From: a virus
Lineage: Duplodnaviria; Caudoviricetes
IMG/VR virus record: IMGVR_UViG_3300037467_000326
Location: 1-28,966 of that record
DNA: 28,966 nt
Strand: one strand, 5' to 3'
Shown here: positions 25,546 through 28,966 of the stretch, in pieces
Layout of the letters: each line of letters begins with the position of its first letter
Numbering within the stretch: position 1 is the first letter of the stretch
The notes under the pieces: generated by a model
What the model was told of the DNA's origin: nothing
Databases searched by the model: none
The model's input: the letters and a program-made list of their open reading frames with translations, nothing else
Made by a program: the position numbers and the translations under genes

Positions 25546-26163
25546 ATGACATTTATTGATTTTACAGACGGCAACATCTTTGACGAAGCAGCAGCGGATG
25601 TCTTGATGCGTCAGTCCAATATCCATCTGCCAACTACCGCTGACATTACGTCTCAGCTTGGTAGTGGTATTCGAACATTGGGCATGACTGCATGGGCTGA
25701 CGATGTGGAGACTATGTATATGTGGAATGGCACCAATTGGATTCCATGGGCAAGCACAGAGAAGACATCATCAGTTGGCTTCACAGCAGGAGGAACGAAC
25801 GTCACCTTCGGCAACGCAACTGTCTCTCAAAAGTGGCGTTACTCAGGCGGCATGGTCAAGTGGAACTACCAATTCACAGTAGGCAGCACAAGCAACATGC
25901 AGTCAGGTAACTACGCTCTATCTCTGCCAGTTGCGGTACATGCTGACCAGCAATACGGCGTATTGGGACAAGTCAGCTTCTATGACACCAGCACAGCAAT
26001 TATGTATCACCGTGTGGCTGTCAATCTGGGCAACACAACCAATATGGCAATGGTGAATGAGGCTGGTACACGTATGGGTACAACGAACCCAATTGCGCCT
26101 GGTGTTGGCGATGTACTGAGCATCAGCTTGCTATACAGACCAGCAGTAGGCGCGTTCCTGTGA
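25546..26163 (+). CDS. Minor tail / probable receptor-binding protein (B)
   Basis: Homolog of 10052-10669. Confidence 0.7.
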   Translation: MTFIDFTDGNIFDEAAADVLMRQSNIHLPTTADITSQLGSGIRTLGMTAWADDVETMYMWNGTNWIPWASTEKTSSVGFTAGGTNVTFGNATVSQKWRYSGGMVKWNYQFTVGSTSNMQSGNYALSLPVAVHADQQYGVLGQVSFYDTSTAIMYHRVAVNLGNTTNMAMVNEAGTRMGTTNPIAPGVGDVLSISLLYRPAVGAFL

Positions 26164-26246
26164 CAGAAGAGCAACTGAAGCTAGTAGCAGCAGCACTCTT
26201 GCTGGGAATGGTTATCAGGATGCTGACAGATAAAGATGATGAATGA
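26160..26246 (+). CDS. 28-aa hydrophobic peptide (B)
   Basis: Same peptide as 10666-10752. Confidence 0.6.
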   Translation: MTEEQLKLVAAALLLGMVIRMLTDKDDE

Positions 26247-26270
26247 CTTCTTCTATCTCTCCGGAAGAAG

Positions 26271-26312
26271 GACAGACTCTCACTTAGAAATAGGTGGGAG
26301 TCTGTCTATTTT
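26271..26312 (+). terminator. Structural operon terminator (B)
   Basis: Same stem as A with one G-U changed to A-U. Confidence 0.8.
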
Positions 26313-26320
26313 GACAGCCT

Positions 26321-26329
26321 TGATACGAT
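26321..26329 (+). promoter_or_regulatory. Extended -10 promoter (B)
   Basis: TGaTACGAT. Confidence 0.6.
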
Positions 26330-26346
26330 TGAAGCTCAATCCGATA

Positions 26347-26466
26347 GTCAGGAGTTGCAGGTAGAACGGCAAGGACTACACCATGCAGGACGGCGACGTC
26401 GTGGAGTTCCGCTTCAACGTCTGATGCTGGTTCTGCTTTTCAGTAGTTGCACCTGCAATTCCTGAC
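26347..26466. other. attP region B bracketed by a 16-bp inverted repeat
   Basis: GTCAGGAGTTGCAGGT (26347-26362) vs ACCTGCAATTCCTGAC (26451-26466), 15/16. Confidence 0.8.
26368..26424 (+). other. ychF: 3' fragment of host ychF (replacement C-terminus)
   Basis: GKDYTMQDGDVVEFRFNV*, the YchF C-terminal signature; all 18 sense codons end in G/C. Confidence 0.92.
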
Positions 26467-26484
26467 ACTTCCTAGGGAGTGTCA
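26463..26484 (+). promoter_or_regulatory. Hairpin occluding integrase B RBS
   Basis: TGACACTTC-ctag-GGAGTGTCA; includes GGAG and the A of ATG 26484. Confidence 0.7.
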
Positions 26485-27236
26485 TGACAGAAATGCCTCA
26501 GAGTTGTGAGGAATTCGCCAGAGAGAGACTGGCAAATCGGGCCATTAAGGACTCCACCTATCGGGAGTACATGGCTACATTGAGGGCTCTGAACCTCACT
26601 GATGTTCCTTACGAGTGGGCAACGCTTGCAATGCTCACTTCTCGGCTGCAAAGGGTGATTAACCCTGGAACCCGGCGCAAACACGCTATCAACCTGAGGG
26701 CAACCCTTGGAGTAAAGGTTCCCTGCCCTCGCGCGGTTCAGAAGGTCTACATCCTTCCTGACAATGACGTGTTGCATGAGGCTCTAGCTGCCAGCGCTTA
26801 CGCCATGTACGGATTCAGCATGCTCTATGCCGGTATGCGTCTTGGTGAGTCCTGCATAAAGCAGCCTCAGAACCAGAGCATTCTCAACATTGACAGGCAG
26901 AGGCGAGCAGACGGCACCATCACAGCAGCTAAGACCATTGGTCCTGTCTACGTTCCTCAGTGGTTTGCAGATGCCTACAAGGACTTCAAGCCACATCACG
27001 CAACCAACACGGTCTATATCGGCATTCGTAGGGCTTGCAAGAAGACTGGTATCACTCTCAACCCGCACATGCTCAGGCATGCCTTTGCAACCAATCTGGT
27101 CAATGCGGGGGCTACGCCAGAAGTTCTGAGAAGGCAGATGCGTCATCACGATGTAGCAGTGTCCTTGCGTTACTACGTCCAGACGACAGAGGCAGACATC
27201 ACCAAGGTAGTTAATGCCATTGGTGGTGACCGATGA
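26484..27236 (+). CDS. int: Compact tyrosine integrase B
   Basis: GMRLGE, AKT, HMLRH, MRHHDVAVSLRYY; distant from integrase A. Confidence 0.92.
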   Translation: MTEMPQSCEEFARERLANRAIKDSTYREYMATLRALNLTDVPYEWATLAMLTSRLQRVINPGTRRKHAINLRATLGVKVPCPRAVQKVYILPDNDVLHEALAASAYAMYGFSMLYAGMRLGESCIKQPQNQSILNIDRQRRADGTITAAKTIGPVYVPQWFADAYKDFKPHHATNTVYIGIRRACKKTGITLNPHMLRHAFATNLVNAGATPEVLRRQMRHHDVAVSLRYYVQTTEADITKVVNAIGGDR

Positions 27237-27415
27237 CTCTCAGGAAGGCTTCAGAGGTCTCTGTAGGTGACTTCGTGTCCATGTACGGGGCTTGGTATGA
27301 GGTTGCGAGTATCAAGGCCACCTTCCACAACCCGCCGAAATTGGCGTTCACCTTTGAGAACGGCAAGACAGTCATCTTCAACGCTGATGACGTGTTGCTG
27401 TTGCTTGACCTGTAG
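27233..27415 (+). CDS. Conserved 60-aa protein (B)
   Basis: Homolog of 11757-11939. Confidence 0.75.
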   Translation: MTLRKASEVSVGDFVSMYGAWYEVASIKATFHNPPKLAFTFENGKTVIFNADDVLLLLDL

Positions 27416-27449
27416 TCTGTAGTTGCCGGTTTCCTGTTTGCACCGGTAG

Positions 27450-27487
27450 TGGAGAACCCCAGTCAACCCCCGGCTGGGGTTCTTCCA
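27450..27487 (+). terminator. Hairpin ending int operon (B)
   Basis: Identical to 11974-12011. Confidence 0.6.
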
Positions 27488-27508
27488 TGTCTAGGCTGAG
27501 AATGTGAA

Positions 27509-27550
27509 TGGCACAATTGAGCCAATCCCTAAATTGGCAGGAACATGCCA
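27509..27550. promoter_or_regulatory. Two TGGCA-N6-(T/A)GCCA boxes (B)
   Basis: 27509-27524 and 27535-27550. Confidence 0.7.
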
Positions 27551-27604
27551 AGTGGCTTTACCATAAGTGCGGGTAATCGGTCAGCAGCCATAACGAGAAA
27601 TCCG

Positions 27605-27765
27605 TATAATGGAACATGTAAGAGAAACACCGTGTTGGAGCAGAACACAGGAGGACTTACACCCACAGTTTTCATTCCCTGATATGTGAATGGAGGAACC
27701 CCCGACCCTGCTCCGGTCGGGGGTTCTTCTTTTGCAAAATTCACATATCAAAGGAGCAAGCAGTA
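27605..27765 (+). promoter_or_regulatory. rep promoter and structured leader (B)
   Basis: As unit A apart from a 2-nt indel outside the stems. Confidence 0.75.
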
Positions 27766-28485
27766 ATGAACATGGAAGTAAGGGCCCTATGGGCTATTAG
27801 AGACGCAAGAGGACTGAGCTACGCAGAGAAGGCATTCCTCTTCGTTGTCGCATCAAGAGGCTGCATGACAGCCAAATGGGATACAGCAGCAGCGGATATG
27901 GGCATGTCCAAGAACACCTACTACAAGACCCGCGATTCCCTACTAGGGAAAGGTCTCATCATCAAGGAGACTCGCTTCAACTCAACCACGGTCTACACAG
28001 TCTGCCTAGAGAGTCTTCTTTCCCTCACAGGGAATGAGAATGAGAGCCCTGAGCAACCTCTTTCCCTCACAGGGAATGAGTTTTCCCCCACAGGGAATGA
28101 GTTTTCCCTGTCAGGCGAAACTAAGGTAACTATTAAGGGAACTACTAAGGAAACTGATAGCGCTGTCGCTGACGCTCCAGCGCCCACCTTGCAAGAAGTA
28201 GAAAGCAAGGAAGAAGAACCAGCAGTTGTTGAGACTACTTCCTTGCCTTCAGAAGAAACCGGGCTTGTTCAAAGGATGCTCGCGGAACGCGCCGAACAGA
28301 AGGCACGGCTAGAGGCTTTCCTTGCTGAGGAAAATGAGACCCCATCAGAGGAAGAGCTAGAGCGACGGGCTCTAGGCAGGGATGAGCTAGCACATTATTG
28401 GACGTGCCGACGCAGGAAGGGAATGACACATGCAGAGGCTATGGCTGACGTAGACCAAAAGAGAGAGGTTGATATTGAATGGTGA
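27766..28485 (+). CDS. Replication initiator (B)
   Basis: N-terminal two-thirds nearly identical to A; C-terminus divergent. Confidence 0.8.
   Translation: MNMEVRALWAIRDARGLSYAEKAFLFVVASRGCMTAKWDTAAADMGMSKNTYYKTRDSLLGKGLIIKETRFNSTTVYTVCLESLLSLTGNENESPEQPLSLTGNEFSPTGNEFSLSGETKVTIKGTTKETDSAVADAPAPTLQEVESKEEEPAVVETTSLPSEETGLVQRMLAERAEQKARLEAFLAEENETPSEEELERRALGRDELAHYWTCRRRKGMTHAEAMADVDQKREVDIEW
27936..28155. repeat. Probable origin iterons (B)
   Basis: Same iterons and 12-mers as A. Confidence 0.8.
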
Positions 28486-28565
28486 CAGAAGATGATTGGG
28501 AACCAAACGAAGAGGACATCTACTGGTACTTGGTAATGCGAGAAGAGGATGGATGCTTTGACTGA
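28482..28565 (+). CDS. 27-aa acidic peptide (B)
   Basis: Homolog of 13014-13094. Confidence 0.5.
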   Translation: MTEDDWEPNEEDIYWYLVMREEDGCFD

Positions 28566-28686
28566 AATCCGCCGGATTTTCTACTGTGACGCTGACCATG
28601 AACCAATTTCATCAACAGTCTCAGGCGAATGTCCCTCTTGCGGAGAGAAGATGCGGGATATTGGCTACTTTGAATACATGTCGTGA
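28549..28686 (+). CDS. Zinc-ribbon-like protein (B)
   Basis: Homolog of 13078-13215. Confidence 0.65.
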   Translation: MDALTEIRRIFYCDADHEPISSTVSGECPSCGEKMRDIGYFEYMS

Positions 28687-28728
28687 GATAATTGAAATAC
28701 AACATCTGTCGTATATGTTGCACCTAGC

Positions 28729-28763
28729 GAAGAGCACCAGGAGTTCTTGCCCTGGTGCTCTTC
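28729..28763 (+). terminator. Terminator-like hairpin (B)
   Basis: Same 13-bp stem as 13258-13292. Confidence 0.7.
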
Positions 28764-28839
28764 AATTTGGCTTTTTAAAAGAACCAATGAGATAATGAAT
28801 ATATGAGGTTGAAAGACCTCAAATACGCTAGGAGCAACA

Positions 28840-28966
28840 AATGACGAATGAAGACATGCAAGTTTGAGCAAGATGGGGTTAGGTGCGAACGCAAGCACTC
28901 AGCCCGTGGTTGGTGCGCAACGCACTACCAGCAGCAGTACCTATTTGGTGAGACGTGGCCTATCGG
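28840..28966. repeat. Exact 127-bp copy of 13368-13494
   Basis: Base-by-base match to the window end; mismatch immediately before. Confidence 0.93.
28848..28966 (+). CDS. Zn-finger/HNH-like protein (B), partial
   Basis: Identical to the start of 13376-13930; cut by window end. Confidence 0.7.
   Translation, partial: MKTCKFEQDGVRCERKHSARGWCATHYQQQYLFGETWPI

Larger units (their letters stand above)
15616..28966 (+). mobile_element. Unit B: related element (excised/attP form), targets ychF; truncated by window end
   Basis: Gene-for-gene synteny with unit A, different integrase/attP; 13368 recurs at 28840 (period 15,472 bp). Confidence 0.9.

Noticed and set aside
1-28966. Simple tandem duplication or concatemer of one phage
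   Set aside because: The units differ widely, including divergent integrases and different attP sites; the 127-bp end matches point to a shared block instead

Overview
The window holds two related but distinct ~15.5 kb minimal siphovirus-like integrative elements of probable actinobacterial host. Unit A has a period of 15,615 bp and unit B 15,472 bp, with all credible genes on the + strand. Each encodes TerS, TerL, portal, a protease-capsid fusion, neck and tail genes with a conserved -1 frameshift, tape measure, two tail-tip proteins, a compact tyrosine integrase and an iteron-containing Rep. An accessory/HNH block is present once (13368-15742). Both window ends match the ends of that block for exactly 127 bp, so the tandem layout may be a figure-eight assembly of two circles. 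The two integrases are highly divergent and each sits beside an intact attP carrying a host gene fragment: the 5' end of miaB (A) and the 3' end of ychF (B). I see no endolysin and no repressor. Instead there are two candidate RNA switches. (1) In both cassettes, despite unrelated sequence, an inverted repeat spans attP and competes with a hairpin hiding the integrase RBS, which would sense integration state. (2) A structured rep leader has a terminator loop complementary both to an upstream loop and to the rep Shine-Dalgarno. All calls are by eye; no database searches were run.
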